Virus record (IMG/VR): IMGVR_UViG_637000270_000013
Direction: 5' to 3' (one strand)
Source: a virus
Length of the DNA stretch: 64,000 bases
In this document: positions 10,787-19,661 of the stretch, one piece after another
Numbering within the stretch: the stretch's first letter is position 1
Layout of the letters: each line of letters starts with the position of its first letter
The notes under the pieces: model-generated
Database searches by the model: none
What the model saw: the letters and a program-made list of their open reading frames with translations, nothing else
What the model was told of the DNA's origin: nothing
Program-made: the position numbers and the translations under genes

Positions 10787-11043
10787 TGAGCCTGTGCCTC
10801 TTCATTCTGAATTTCATGAATGTAATATGATGGCATCATGCTGCCGTATATTTTGAAATGATGGATAGTGCCATCTTGTTCAGCAACGCATAGTTCAGGT
10901 GACCAACTACCACTTATAATTTTATATTCCTCGTCTAGCTCGGCCCATATCTCAGCGGCTTCATCTGGACTATCTGCTTCTATCTCATGCCCATCGTCGA
11001 AATCTTCTCCGTTCTCAGGACACCATGCATAAAAGACATTCAT
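10783..11043 (-). CDS. Phage hypothetical protein (acidic)
   Basis: 86-aa ORF coupled to the next gene in the early-left operon. Confidence 0.7.
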   Translation of the reverse strand: MNVFYAWCPENGEDFDDGHEIEADSPDEAAEIWAELDEEYKIISGSWSPELCVAEQDGTIHHFKIYGSMMPSYYIHEIQNEEAQAQ

Positions 11044-11058
11044 TCGGGATTCCTTTTA

Positions 11059-11349
11059 TTAATGGTTAGTGTGATAAGGTGTGTTAATTAATTTCATTCT
11101 ATGCAGTGCATTATTTACCAGGGACGCCAATATTTCTTCTTTCGACAATCTATTTCGGATTCCTTTTTCATATTCTTCTATTATCTTTCTGTCAGAATCA
11201 TATTGAGCGAATTGGTTGTCATCCATCATGTTCCATCGCTCAGCCTCTGCGATGTTTTCCATCTGGATAATGCGTCTTTCTAGTTTTTCGATTTCTTCGA
11301 TAAGACCGGTTTCCCGGCGTGCAAGTAACCCGGTGAGTAAACCATTCAT
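11059..11349 (-). CDS. Phage hypothetical protein
   Basis: 96-aa ORF with GAGGTG RBS. Confidence 0.65.
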   Translation of the reverse strand: MNGLLTGLLARRETGLIEEIEKLERRIIQMENIAEAERWNMMDDNQFAQYDSDRKIIEEYEKGIRNRLSKEEILASLVNNALHRMKLINTPYHTNH

Positions 11350-11441
11350 GTTTCACCTCATTAGATTAAATATTTAATAGTTAATATTTGTCTTTTCCAC
11401 TGCTTACTGAATATAATTTTACACTAATGTTCTCTCGGTAA

Positions 11442-12455
11442 CTATTGGTACTCAACACGCATATCATCGAGCGTTCTTATAAATCCCGTATAGAGGTCAT
11501 TACCTAATTTTTTTTCCAATCCTGCTATCTCTGCTTCAGCCTTAGCAAAATTTTCTTTAGCATTTTGTGTACGAGGGTCAAGATTATTTAAAATATCTTC
11601 TACCTGTTGGCGAGCCTCTTCCTGTTCCAACATAAGGTGATCTTTTTTATCGTCTTCAATAACGGAGTATTCACCAGTAATTATCGCTGCATTATCCTGA
11701 CTAATTCCGGCCTCTGCTTTTTCATCTAAGATGACGGCTTTCTGTAGCTCAGTAGAAACAGGAAGATATTTAAATAATCGGCGAATAACCGTCTTCTTTG
11801 CCATCTCGTCAAAGTAATCGACCCACGGGCCTTTATCCCCTGCTTTACTTATTGCTCGCACTTTCTCAATATCATTTCGACTCATTACCTCGAACTGAAC
11901 ACCTCCATCTTTAAGGCGGGCAATCGCATAGACGTGTGTCATTGCTCCACGGTCACCATTTTCACATGGTATGTGTTCAAGTTTTTCTTCTAAGCCATAA
12001 GCGTAGATGAATTTATCATTTTCATGTACGGTACGAGCCGATATGCTAAGTATCTGGCCGGAGCGGCGGGAAAGGTCTATCATGCCGCGATAGCCTATAA
12101 TCAATTGTGTTTCAGTTGATACAGTCGTCCATCTGCCATTAACTTTCTCGCGTTTGTCAAAGGGTATTAAGTATGCATGGCCGATTGCACTTCCTGGCTC
12201 TAACCCTAATTGAGCGCATTGCATGATTGCGCCAAGAAAACTTCTCTGATCGCTAGAAGCCAACTTGGGAATTTTGCGTATTTCTGTCGTTGCAATACGG
12301 GCTAATCGATCTGCCGTCATATGCTTTGGCAACGCCAATGCCATCTGTGCTTTTGTTTTTTTATCTGCCAGTAAAGCTGCGAGTGTTACAGGTTTTTCAT
12401 TGTTAGTTTCTGACGGCTTACCAGTAGCCACCATTTTGAGTGTATTGTTTGACAT
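11442..12455 (-). CDS. recT: RecT-family single-strand annealing protein
   Basis: QMALALPKHMTADRLARIA, AQLGLEP, AYLIPF, IIGYRGMIDL and MAKKTVIRRLFKYLPVS motifs. Confidence 0.95.
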   Translation of the reverse strand: MSNNTLKMVATGKPSETNNEKPVTLAALLADKKTKAQMALALPKHMTADRLARIATTEIRKIPKLASSDQRSFLGAIMQCAQLGLEPGSAIGHAYLIPFDKREKVNGRWTTVSTETQLIIGYRGMIDLSRRSGQILSISARTVHENDKFIYAYGLEEKLEHIPCENGDRGAMTHVYAIARLKDGGVQFEVMSRNDIEKVRAISKAGDKGPWVDYFDEMAKKTVIRRLFKYLPVSTELQKAVILDEKAEAGISQDNAAIITGEYSVIEDDKKDHLMLEQEEARQQVEDILNNLDPRTQNAKENFAKAEAEIAGLEKKLGNDLYTGFIRTLDDMRVEYQ

Positions 12456-12464
12456 TATTTTTCC

Positions 12465-13361
12465 TTATTTCAAGCGAAATACACGGGATTGAGTTGTTTT
12501 CTTAAATTTATCAAATATTCCCGGATGAGTATTTTTAAAGGCTGAAATGTCGAACCGGGTAGATGATTGTGTTTTCCATGTAATTATCGGTCTCTGATCA
12601 ATGGTTACAATTGAATGCTGTTGCATTATTAGTTTTATCTGTTCTTCTATCATTTGAATGTCTTTGTCAGCTTCATCCTTACGCACTTTCAGCATTCTTA
12701 GCTCATTTATAAGCGATATCATCTTACCGTTCGCTTCAATCGATGAGCCTGCATCACGGTCAAAATAGCGCTTCACATCATGTTCGTTGATTATTGGTGG
12801 CGGAGTAAGATTAACGACGCGCTCCCAAAATTCCATCTCTTTAGCACGAATAGCAGCTATTGTTTCATCATCTCTTTCAACACGATAGACCCGAAAATCA
12901 TCGCCGCCAATCAGAACACCAAACACGCACACTTTTTTACCCGTTACCATAAGCCCATGCATGGCTTGAGCCGTGTAATAAACGGGTATGGAATCAGTTT
13001 GTTGCTCTCCCCAATCTCTTGCCTTAAATGGACTCACCGTCTTGATCTCGATGTTTTCCCCACTCTCTGCCTCAGCGTCGATTTCAGCGGCTATATAGGG
13101 TAACTCAGGGTCAAGATATCGATGGCCTCTCTTGGCTATTTTAAGTCCCGTCTCTTCAGATAACAGGTCTATAATATATGGTTCCATGCGTTGGCCGCGT
13201 GTGAATATTTTTTGTTTTTGTAGGCTAATCTCCTCTTTTCTTGGTTGTACCTTATCAAGATAAACATCAAGTGCAGTACGCCATGGACTAATACCTAGTA
13301 TTCCTGCTACGTCACTACCACCTAAATACTTCTGTCTGTCAAGTAGGCCAACATTTTCCAT
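12465..13361 (-). CDS. YqaJ/lambda-exonuclease-family alkaline exonuclease
   Basis: RQKYLGGSDVAGILG, RG..MEP, EIKT and Y..Q..H motifs; paired with recT. Confidence 0.9.
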   Translation of the reverse strand: MENVGLLDRQKYLGGSDVAGILGISPWRTALDVYLDKVQPRKEEISLQKQKIFTRGQRMEPYIIDLLSEETGLKIAKRGHRYLDPELPYIAAEIDAEAESGENIEIKTVSPFKARDWGEQQTDSIPVYYTAQAMHGLMVTGKKVCVFGVLIGGDDFRVYRVERDDETIAAIRAKEMEFWERVVNLTPPPIINEHDVKRYFDRDAGSSIEANGKMISLINELRMLKVRKDEADKDIQMIEEQIKLIMQQHSIVTIDQRPIITWKTQSSTRFDISAFKNTHPGIFDKFKKTTQSRVFRLK

Positions 13362-13744
13362 TACGCCACCTCGTCAAAAGTTTCATGATAATAGAGCATA
13401 TCAATAGCTCGCTGGTTTTTTACCGCCTGAGCCACCATGTTGTAGACTGCAATCATAAATTCATCATTGTTTTGCATTGCTAATAACAGTGCCTTTTCCC
13501 CGCATCCTGAAATAACCTTTGCTAATTTCTGGGCCAGATATTCATAACTCCATTCGTTGTTAGACCATTCAACCTCTTTTGCAAGGCTTTCCTCTTGCTC
13601 CGGTGTGAATCTTTCAACCGTGCGGCGAATTTCGTTTTCGGTTTCAATATTCATTTCATCTCCTTTTATAGCCAGACTCATATCTAACCGTTGCCGGATG
13701 ACGTAAAGCGGTCTATAATCCCTGCGTCCAATGATGGAAGTCAT
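13361..13744 (-). CDS. Phage hypothetical protein
   Basis: 127-aa ORF; a second start (MNIETE) has a strong AGGAG RBS. Confidence 0.65.
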   Translation of the reverse strand: MTSIIGRRDYRPLYVIRQRLDMSLAIKGDEMNIETENEIRRTVERFTPEQEESLAKEVEWSNNEWSYEYLAQKLAKVISGCGEKALLLAMQNNDEFMIAVYNMVAQAVKNQRAIDMLYYHETFDEVA

Positions 13745-13918
13745 TGGTCATGCCTCGCAGAAGTTGGTTTGGTCGCCAACTCCGCCGTCACCGGGACGTA
13801 AAGCCGGTAGAAACGCCCGCCCTGACGCGGGTTTTTTTACGTGTTGCGTACCCCGTAACGTGAGGCCAACGGGTCGTTTCATGCCTCGCCGGGCTTCTGC
13901 CCGCCGTCACTACAAAAG

Positions 13919-14128
13919 TCACAGAAATTCGGTGTAATGCGTTCCGGCTGGCTCAAACTCTGCTGGTACCTTCAAGCTCTCAAATTCTCGCCTGATTGCC
14001 CGTACATTACCCACTGGCTGAAACGAATAGTGCTGATTGATGTAGTTGAAGGATGCCAGCCAAGGTGCGCCTGTGCGCTTATCCCTGAGCATTACCTGCT
14101 TGCCGCTGTTTGGAATAATATTTTTCAT
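13919..14128 (-). CDS. Phage hypothetical protein
   Basis: 69-aa ORF preceded by the GAGGCATGACCAATG junction motif. Confidence 0.65.
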   Translation of the reverse strand: MKNIIPNSGKQVMLRDKRTGAPWLASFNYINQHYSFQPVGNVRAIRREFESLKVPAEFEPAGTHYTEFL

Positions 14129-14215
14129 TGGTCATGCCTCTCATCTGCTTTCAGATTGTCAGAACGCTTACCTAACCCTTACTGCTGTGCCTTTCTTACT
14201 ACTGCTATCGGTAAT

Positions 14216-14668
14216 TCATTTACGCGGCTGGGGGCCGGACTCTAACGTTATATCGAAGTAGTATCCGATTGGGCGCGATTTAATTATTTCTCGCGCCTTA
14301 TTCAGAACCTCGAGCGGATAAACCTGTCCGGCTGGGCAAAGCGCTTCAGCAGCCTTTGCTAAAGCTTCTGCCACTGCATCGGCCCGACCGTCCTCTAAAA
14401 AATCAGGATCAGCATCTTTCATTGCTACTCCTTGCCCTTCTCGCCGGGCTGACGGCCCGCAGTTGTTATCCAGTAGCGCCAGATATGCGTCACGAACGCT
14501 GGTAGCGATCTGTTTGGCGCGATTTGCGAAATCCTGTTCGATGCTTTTGTCTTCCCGCGACCGCTTGTAAGCTTCTTCTTGATAGATATGGATCAATAAC
14601 GCTTTCAGCGTGTCACCCGCACCTGAGTAGTAAAGTCGCTCGTCGGTGTTAAGCATTGGTGCCCCCAC
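14216..14668 (-). CDS. Phage hypothetical protein, first long ORF of the early-left operon
   Basis: 150-aa ORF downstream of pL. Confidence 0.6.
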   Translation of the reverse strand: MGAPMLNTDERLYYSGAGDTLKALLIHIYQEEAYKRSREDKSIEQDFANRAKQIATSVRDAYLALLDNNCGPSARREGQGVAMKDADPDFLEDGRADAVAEALAKAAEALCPAGQVYPLEVLNKAREIIKSRPIGYYFDITLESGPQPRK

Positions 14669-14904
14669 ATGTCGTTAAAATTCATGGCGTTAATGGTGCC
14701 TGCTTGATTCCCCTGTCAGGCGGCCAGGTCCCCGCTGTACCCCTACCGCGAATTCTTTGCTAACACCACGTTCATATACTGACTCTCCCAACCGCCGTCA
14801 TGTTCCTACGCCTCGGGCTGGCTACTTAAGCTCTGGCAATCGGCGGGTAACTCGTGGTATTGCCTGCCGGGGTTTTGCCGTCGCTGGTTGCTGTTGATGG
14901 GGTA

Positions 14905-14933
14905 ACTCTACAAATAAAAACATAAGCAGTCAA
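14905..14933 (-). promoter_or_regulatory. Early-left promoter (pL)
   Basis: Minus strand TTGACT-17 nt-TAGAGT, with an operator-like TGCAATTTTAAATTTA just upstream. Confidence 0.7.
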
Positions 14934-15110
14934 GATTATTTAAATTTAAAATTGCAGATAAGGCGAGTCTGAAGATGTCCTTTGTGTACCAAGGAATCAG
15001 CAAATGCATTGCTTACAATGGGGAATTTAAGAAATAAACATCATTATTATTAATGAGTTGCGTACATTCGAGAAGGGCGGTTTTACAAGAGGATTAATCG
15101 TTGGTTGGGA

Positions 15111-15134
15111 AGTCGTTCCAAGATAAGAACGACT
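15111..15134 (-). terminator. Hairpin after the repressor gene
   Basis: AGTCGTTC-8 nt-GAACGACT 8-bp stem at the cI stop. Confidence 0.45.
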
Positions 15135-15526
15135 CATGCAGGTTTGTTTCGTTCCCGTAGTAATTCTTCAAGTTTGCGGCGATAGAAATCTCTTTTTTGC
15201 TCCATGTCTCTGATGATTTGCTCTGTATCACTTGTCGGAAGATCATCTAGCAGTTCTAAAATTTTCTGTTTATTACCTGTTAACTTAGGTTGATTGATTA
15301 CATTGATAACTTGCTTATGATTATCTTCTTCTCCATATGGCATAAAGAACCAATATACAGGGCGATCGGCTAATTTTGCTAGCTTCTCGAGCTTGTCCAT
15401 ACGAGGGATAACCCCCTTTAACCAACCCTGAACTGACTGCGGTTTTACATTAAGCCTGCGACCAAGCTCGGATTGGTTGATATTCAGTTCATCCAGCAAC
15501 TGCTGGAGACGTTTGGCAAAAATCAT
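15134..15526 (-). CDS. cI: Prophage repressor (Cro/CI HTH, no S24 peptidase domain)
   Basis: FAKRLQQLLDELNINQSELGRRLNVKPQSVQGW HTH; GAGGT RBS before the ATG at 15526 (alternative start 15547); divergent from cro. Confidence 0.85.
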   Translation of the reverse strand: MIFAKRLQQLLDELNINQSELGRRLNVKPQSVQGWLKGVIPRMDKLEKLAKLADRPVYWFFMPYGEEDNHKQVINVINQPKLTGNKQKILELLDDLPTSDTEQIIRDMEQKRDFYRRKLEELLRERNKPA

Positions 15527-15574
15527 ATCTACCTCAAATATACCCATTCTGATTCTACAGAATATTTTTGTAAC

Positions 15575-15625
15575 CAGCATTGCAATTAATATTTGCAATT
15601 TAAATTTATATCTGTAATCATCTCA
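15575..15625. promoter_or_regulatory. pR/pRM operator region
   Basis: Repeated TTGCAATT (15580, 15593); TGCAATTT(T)AAATTTA shared with the pL region; TTGCAA-17 nt-AATCAT with a TG extension. Confidence 0.5.
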
Positions 15626-15650
15626 CCGTAGGTTCACAAAGGAACGGAAA

Positions 15651-15923
15651 ATGAATAAGCAACTACAAATTAAGATACTAGCAATAATGTCTCAGTCTGA
15701 GCTGGGACGACGGCTGGGAAAGAGGCCTCAAACTATTAGCGGATGGTTTAAAAAGCGTGTGCCTGCGGAAGAGGTTTTGCCCGCATGTAACGCATTGAAC
15801 TGGAAAATTACACCTCATGAATTAAGGCCAGACAAATATCCCAATCCCACTGATGGCTTACCACCTAAACATAAAAATACCCAACACGGAGGCGAAAATC
15901 TGACTTATGCAGTTCAACCATGA
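15651..15923 (+). CDS. cro: Cro/YdaS-like HTH protein
   Basis: SQSELGRRLGKRPQTISGW...VTPHELRPDKYP-type YdaS motif. Confidence 0.85.
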   Translation: MNKQLQIKILAIMSQSELGRRLGKRPQTISGWFKKRVPAEEVLPACNALNWKITPHELRPDKYPNPTDGLPPKHKNTQHGGENLTYAVQP

Positions 15924-16338
15924 AGCACTTTGCATTGAGCTACGCCGCTGGGCCATTGCCACTAAACGCGAAACTGTCGCAGCGGAGATCAGCCGATTCT
16001 ACTTTGAGTTAGGTGGGGGAGATTTGCCTTTGTACCCACTGGAGGCCCCCGGCGCGACGCACAACAACATGCAGAACATCTTTCGCTGGCTGGACAGCGA
16101 TAGCCGCAAGGCGAGGGAGAAGATTGAAGCACTCAAGCCCGCGATCCTGAAGGCATTAGAGTATCGGCGCTCGGGTTCAGTGTCCTATCGCGTTGCGCGG
16201 GCGAATAAAGAGTTTGCCAAGGCCGTCAGCGCCGCATTGCTCGATTCTCCGTCTATTGAAAAGGAAATAAGTGAAGCTATAAGTGCACTGCATGCGCTCC
16301 AAAAAAGGCCGGTTTACGGCAATTACTGCCGGGCGTAG
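15907..16338 (+). CDS. YdaT-family (CII-like) protein
   Basis: NNMQNIFRWLDSDS...KIEALKPAILKAL YdaT-like motif; follows cro. Confidence 0.75.
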   Translation: MQFNHEALCIELRRWAIATKRETVAAEISRFYFELGGGDLPLYPLEAPGATHNNMQNIFRWLDSDSRKAREKIEALKPAILKALEYRRSGSVSYRVARANKEFAKAVSAALLDSPSIEKEISEAISALHALQKRPVYGNYCRA

Positions 16339-16398
16339 CGAGGTATGACCAATGATTTTATTAAGTACCAGCCTGTTTCAAGGACTTAAGGTGTTCTG

Positions 16399-17514
16399 AT
16401 GCGCGATTTCGGCAAGGTTTCCCCACAGTTTTGGATAGGTAAGACCGGCCGTGATTTAAAAAAAATGGGGCCGGAAGCACTCATCGTCGCGATGTACCTG
16501 CTTACCAGCCCTCACTCAAACATGCTTGGTCTGTACTACATCCCTGTGCAGCACATTGCGTATGAAACTGGCCTAGGGATGGAAGGGGCTTCCAAGGGGC
16601 TTCAAGGGGGTGTAGAGACCGGTTTTTGTCACTACGATTTTGAGTCAGAAATGGTTTGGGTCATTGAGATGGCTAAATACCAAATCGGAGCCTATCTAAA
16701 ACCCAAAGATAACCAGTGTCTCGGCATTCAAAGATTATACGATTCTCTACCAGAAAACTATTTACTTTCAATGTTTTTCGACAAGTACCACCAGAGTTTT
16801 CACTTAACAAATTGCCGTGAAAATTGCCGTGGATTTGGGCGAAAAAAAGCAAGGGCCTCCGAAGGGGCTTACAAGGCCCTCCGAAGCCAGGAGAAGGAGA
16901 TAGAGAAGGAGAAAGAGAAGGATAAACACCTTCTGCCCGGAGCTGAAAAAACTCAGCTCCAGGCCGGCGAAAAATCATGCGGCGAGTTACCCGATGGTTT
17001 TTCAGGGTCAGAACCCGACGCCGAACCATCCCATGCCCAACCGGAGACCGGAGTGCGGCCACTGAGCGATGGTGCGTCGAAGCCCGATGCCGAACCACCC
17101 CATGCCGAACCGGACACCGGAATGCGGCCTCTGAGCGGTGGTGCGTCGAAGCGAGGGGAAGCCACGCAGCGCAACGGCGCTGGTCTGCATGCCCCGTCTG
17201 AACCCGTGTTTATCTCGCTGCCGCTGAACGACGGGAGTGAATTTTCCGTCACCGAGGCGCTTGTGACCGAATTCGAGTCGCTCTACCCGGCGGTGGACGT
17301 CAGGCAGGAGCTTCGCAACCAGCGGGGATGGCTGCTTGCACAGCCCCGACGGCGGAAGACCCGCAGGGGTATCCGGCGGTTCGTGAGTGGCTGGATGTGC
17401 CGTGAGCAGGACAGGGCGGGACGGACGCGTTCCCCCACGGCTCAGGCAGCCACAGGACTTGACTGGGACGGCACGGAGTGGGCTAACGAGCTGATTGACA
17501 AGGGGATTTTGTGA
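16399..17514 (+). CDS. Replication initiator (O-like)
   Basis: N-terminal wHTH region, internal AAGGGGCTT iteron-like repeats, EKEIEKEKEKD tract, C-terminal YPAVDVRQELRNQRGWL domain; precedes a P-like gene. Confidence 0.85.
   Translation: MRDFGKVSPQFWIGKTGRDLKKMGPEALIVAMYLLTSPHSNMLGLYYIPVQHIAYETGLGMEGASKGLQGGVETGFCHYDFESEMVWVIEMAKYQIGAYLKPKDNQCLGIQRLYDSLPENYLLSMFFDKYHQSFHLTNCRENCRGFGRKKARASEGAYKALRSQEKEIEKEKEKDKHLLPGAEKTQLQAGEKSCGELPDGFSGSEPDAEPSHAQPETGVRPLSDGASKPDAEPPHAEPDTGMRPLSGGASKRGEATQRNGAGLHAPSEPVFISLPLNDGSEFSVTEALVTEFESLYPAVDVRQELRNQRGWLLAQPRRRKTRRGIRRFVSGWMCREQDRAGRTRSPTAQAATGLDWDGTEWANELIDKGIL
17014..17151 (+). repeat. Tandem 69-bp in-frame duplication in the replication gene
   Basis: 17014-17082 and 17083-17151, 7 mismatches; PDAEPSHAQPETGVRPLSDGASK / PDAEPPHAEPDTGMRPLSGGASK. 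Confidence 0.95.
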
Positions 17515-17762
17515 TGGGCAAGGCAAAAACATTCGGTGTGGCAATCCCCCAAGCGTTTTGCTCAGAGACGAATTTCGGTCTCCGCCGCAGTTCAGGAATC
17601 GATTTTAAGGTGCCTAGGAAGCTCTTGGCGGCGTTTTCTCCGTTAAAACGTAACATCGTGCCACTCAGATCAAAAAAACGCGTAGCGAGGCTTACGGGAG
17701 GTTTTTTGGTGTGTGCCGCTGAAACCCACTTTTCTGGTCGTTTTTTGAGCAAAAGCCTTTGA
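17511..17762 (+). CDS. Phage hypothetical protein
   Basis: 83-aa ORF whose start overlaps the O stop and has a GGGG RBS; fills the O-P gap. Confidence 0.45.
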   Translation: MMGKAKTFGVAIPQAFCSETNFGLRRSSGIDFKVPRKLLAAFSPLKRNIVPLRSKKRVARLTGGFLVCAAETHFSGRFLSKSL

Positions 17763-17813
17763 GCTCTTCGACGCAAACACTCAAGGTTACCAACGGGCTA
17801 ACAGGGAGATTCC

Positions 17814-18461
17814 GTGATGGCTGATGTAAAAACATTCGTGCCGCCGTCGTTGAACGACCGGCAGTTGCTGGCGGTACGCCTGTTCAACGAGGTTTTTAAA
17901 GCGCTGCGCCAGATTTTCCCAGCGCCAATGGCAAACATCAAGACCGCCGACGATTTGGACATGCTGCGCCGACAGTGGGTTATGGCCTTTGCCGAGAACG
18001 GGATAAACCACATGGGGCAGATTGAGGCCGGGCTTGCGATGGCACGAAAAACGGCCTCGCCGTTCCTGCCGTCGCCGGGCCAGTTCATCGAGTGGTGCCA
18101 GCAGGGTAACTCACAACACGCCGGGCTACCCACGGCAGAGCAGCTCTACAGCGAGTTTCTGACCTACTGCAAGCGCCGTGGTGACTACGAGTGTGCTGAG
18201 GATTATCCCTGGAAGTCCGCCGCTCTGTACTGGCTGGTAACGGACCTTTTCGACGCCATGCGGCGATACCGCCTGACGGACGAAGAAGTTAGGAAAAAAT
18301 CGGAACCATTGTTGTCAAAAATGGAAAATCGGTTAGGCCGTGGTGATGTCATTCCGGCACCTGTTAAACGCATTGCGCCGCCGAGGCATCCATCAGGCCC
18401 CACGCCAGCCGAATTGCTGTATGCCAAATGCCAGCAGCGCAAGGAGGCTGGGCTGATATGA
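17814..18461 (+). CDS. Lambda P-like helicase loader
   Basis: RRQWVMAFAENGI...FLPSPGQFIEWC motif. Confidence 0.88.
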   Translation: MMADVKTFVPPSLNDRQLLAVRLFNEVFKALRQIFPAPMANIKTADDLDMLRRQWVMAFAENGINHMGQIEAGLAMARKTASPFLPSPGQFIEWCQQGNSQHAGLPTAEQLYSEFLTYCKRRGDYECAEDYPWKSAALYWLVTDLFDAMRRYRLTDEEVRKKSEPLLSKMENRLGRGDVIPAPVKRIAPPRHPSGPTPAELLYAKCQQRKEAGLI

Positions 18462-18718
18462 AAGCAGTCGCTAACCATATCGTCAATACCCGACAGGTAT
18501 TGGGTGCTCCGGTATTGTCGCTGATGGCATGGGTTCATCAAGTGCGCCGGTGGTGCGTATTACGCCATCTCAGGCGGCTTTGGGAAGATAATCAACACCT
18601 GCGCCAGATTGCCCGCGAACGTCACTGGGATTTGGTCCTGAGCGCATTCAATACTGAATACAACTATCGTTTTATCAAGGCGGAGGCCCGTGCCCGCCAG
18701 CAGAAGGGAATTTTATAA
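18458..18718 (+). CDS. Phage hypothetical protein
   Basis: ATGA overlap with the P stop; 86 aa. Confidence 0.65.
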   Translation: MKAVANHIVNTRQVLGAPVLSLMAWVHQVRRWCVLRHLRRLWEDNQHLRQIARERHWDLVLSAFNTEYNYRFIKAEARARQQKGIL

Positions 18719-18720
18719 AC

Positions 18721-19077
18721 ATGACCCAGTGCCGAACCAGAGAAAAACTCAAGCGGCAGGTTCTCGATTATATCAAAGCGAATGACGGAACGAATCGCCT
18801 TGATCTGGCTGCCGCGTTGCATACCGATGGCTCCAATATCAGCAAGGTTATTCGCGAGCTGCTCGCTGAGAAAAAGGTGTTTCGTTCCCGTGGGTTGAAG
18901 GGCTTTGTTTGCTTCCACAGTAGCGCGGAACGATGTGAAATTTTCAATACGCTCAATGAAGAAAATCGTCCGGGGATCGTCGAGGAATATTGCCGAAACA
19001 GCCTTGTTTACCGGTTCGATAAATTACTACTGGCGGTGAGAAAAAATGATAGTCAGCCAAACGCCAAAAGCGTGTAA
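18721..19077 (+). CDS. Winged-helix DNA-binding protein
   Basis: QVLDYIKANDGTNRLDLAAALHTDGSNISKVIRELLAEKKV wHTH pattern. Confidence 0.65.
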   Translation: MTQCRTREKLKRQVLDYIKANDGTNRLDLAAALHTDGSNISKVIRELLAEKKVFRSRGLKGFVCFHSSAERCEIFNTLNEENRPGIVEEYCRNSLVYRFDKLLLAVRKNDSQPNAKSV

Positions 19078-19579
19078 GGACAGATGGCAAACGCCGGTCG
19101 AGATATTCCGTGCGCTGGATGCAGAGTTCAGGTTCTGCCTTGATGCTGCCGCCAACCACGACAACACCCTGTGTCGCTGCTATCTGACCGAAGAGGATGA
19201 TGCCCTGAGTTGCGACTGGTACACCCGGGGGGCGATTTTCTGCAACCCGCCCTACAGCAACATCACGCCGTGGGTCAGGAAGGCCGCCGAGCAGTGCGTG
19301 GTACAGCAGCAGACGATTGTGATGCTGCTTCCCTCCGATACCTCAACGGGGTGGTTCAGGCTGGGGTTGGAAAGTGTGGACGAGGTACGCGTTATCACTG
19401 GGGGCAGGTTGTCGTTCATCAGCGCTGCAACCGGGGTGTGCGGCAAGAACGGCAATAGCAAGGGGAGCCTGTTGTTTATCTGGAGGCCGTTCTTCAAAAA
19501 TCGTTGTCAGTTCACCACGGTAGACAAAAGCGATCTTATTCGCATCGGGACTGAAGTGGTACGCAAAGTTGCAGCGTGA
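19046..19579 (+). CDS. dam: Phage DNA N6-adenine methyltransferase (phage Dam family)
   Basis: WQTP, LDAAA, FCNPPYS and VMLLPSDTSTGWF motifs. Confidence 0.9.
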   Translation: MIVSQTPKACKDRWQTPVEIFRALDAEFRFCLDAAANHDNTLCRCYLTEEDDALSCDWYTRGAIFCNPPYSNITPWVRKAAEQCVVQQQTIVMLLPSDTSTGWFRLGLESVDEVRVITGGRLSFISAATGVCGKNGNSKGSLLFIWRPFFKNRCQFTTVDKSDLIRIGTEVVRKVAA

Positions 19580-19661
19580 AAAAAGCCGTACGGCGCGTTT
19601 TGCGGAAAGGAGTACCGTCAACAATTTGCTAACGGCCAAGTCAATTTTAACTTAAATATTC

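Noticed and set aside
11405-11428. LexA-box-like TACTGAATATAATTTTACACTA downstream of recT
   Set aside because: Spacing and right half-site do not fit CTG-N10-CAG
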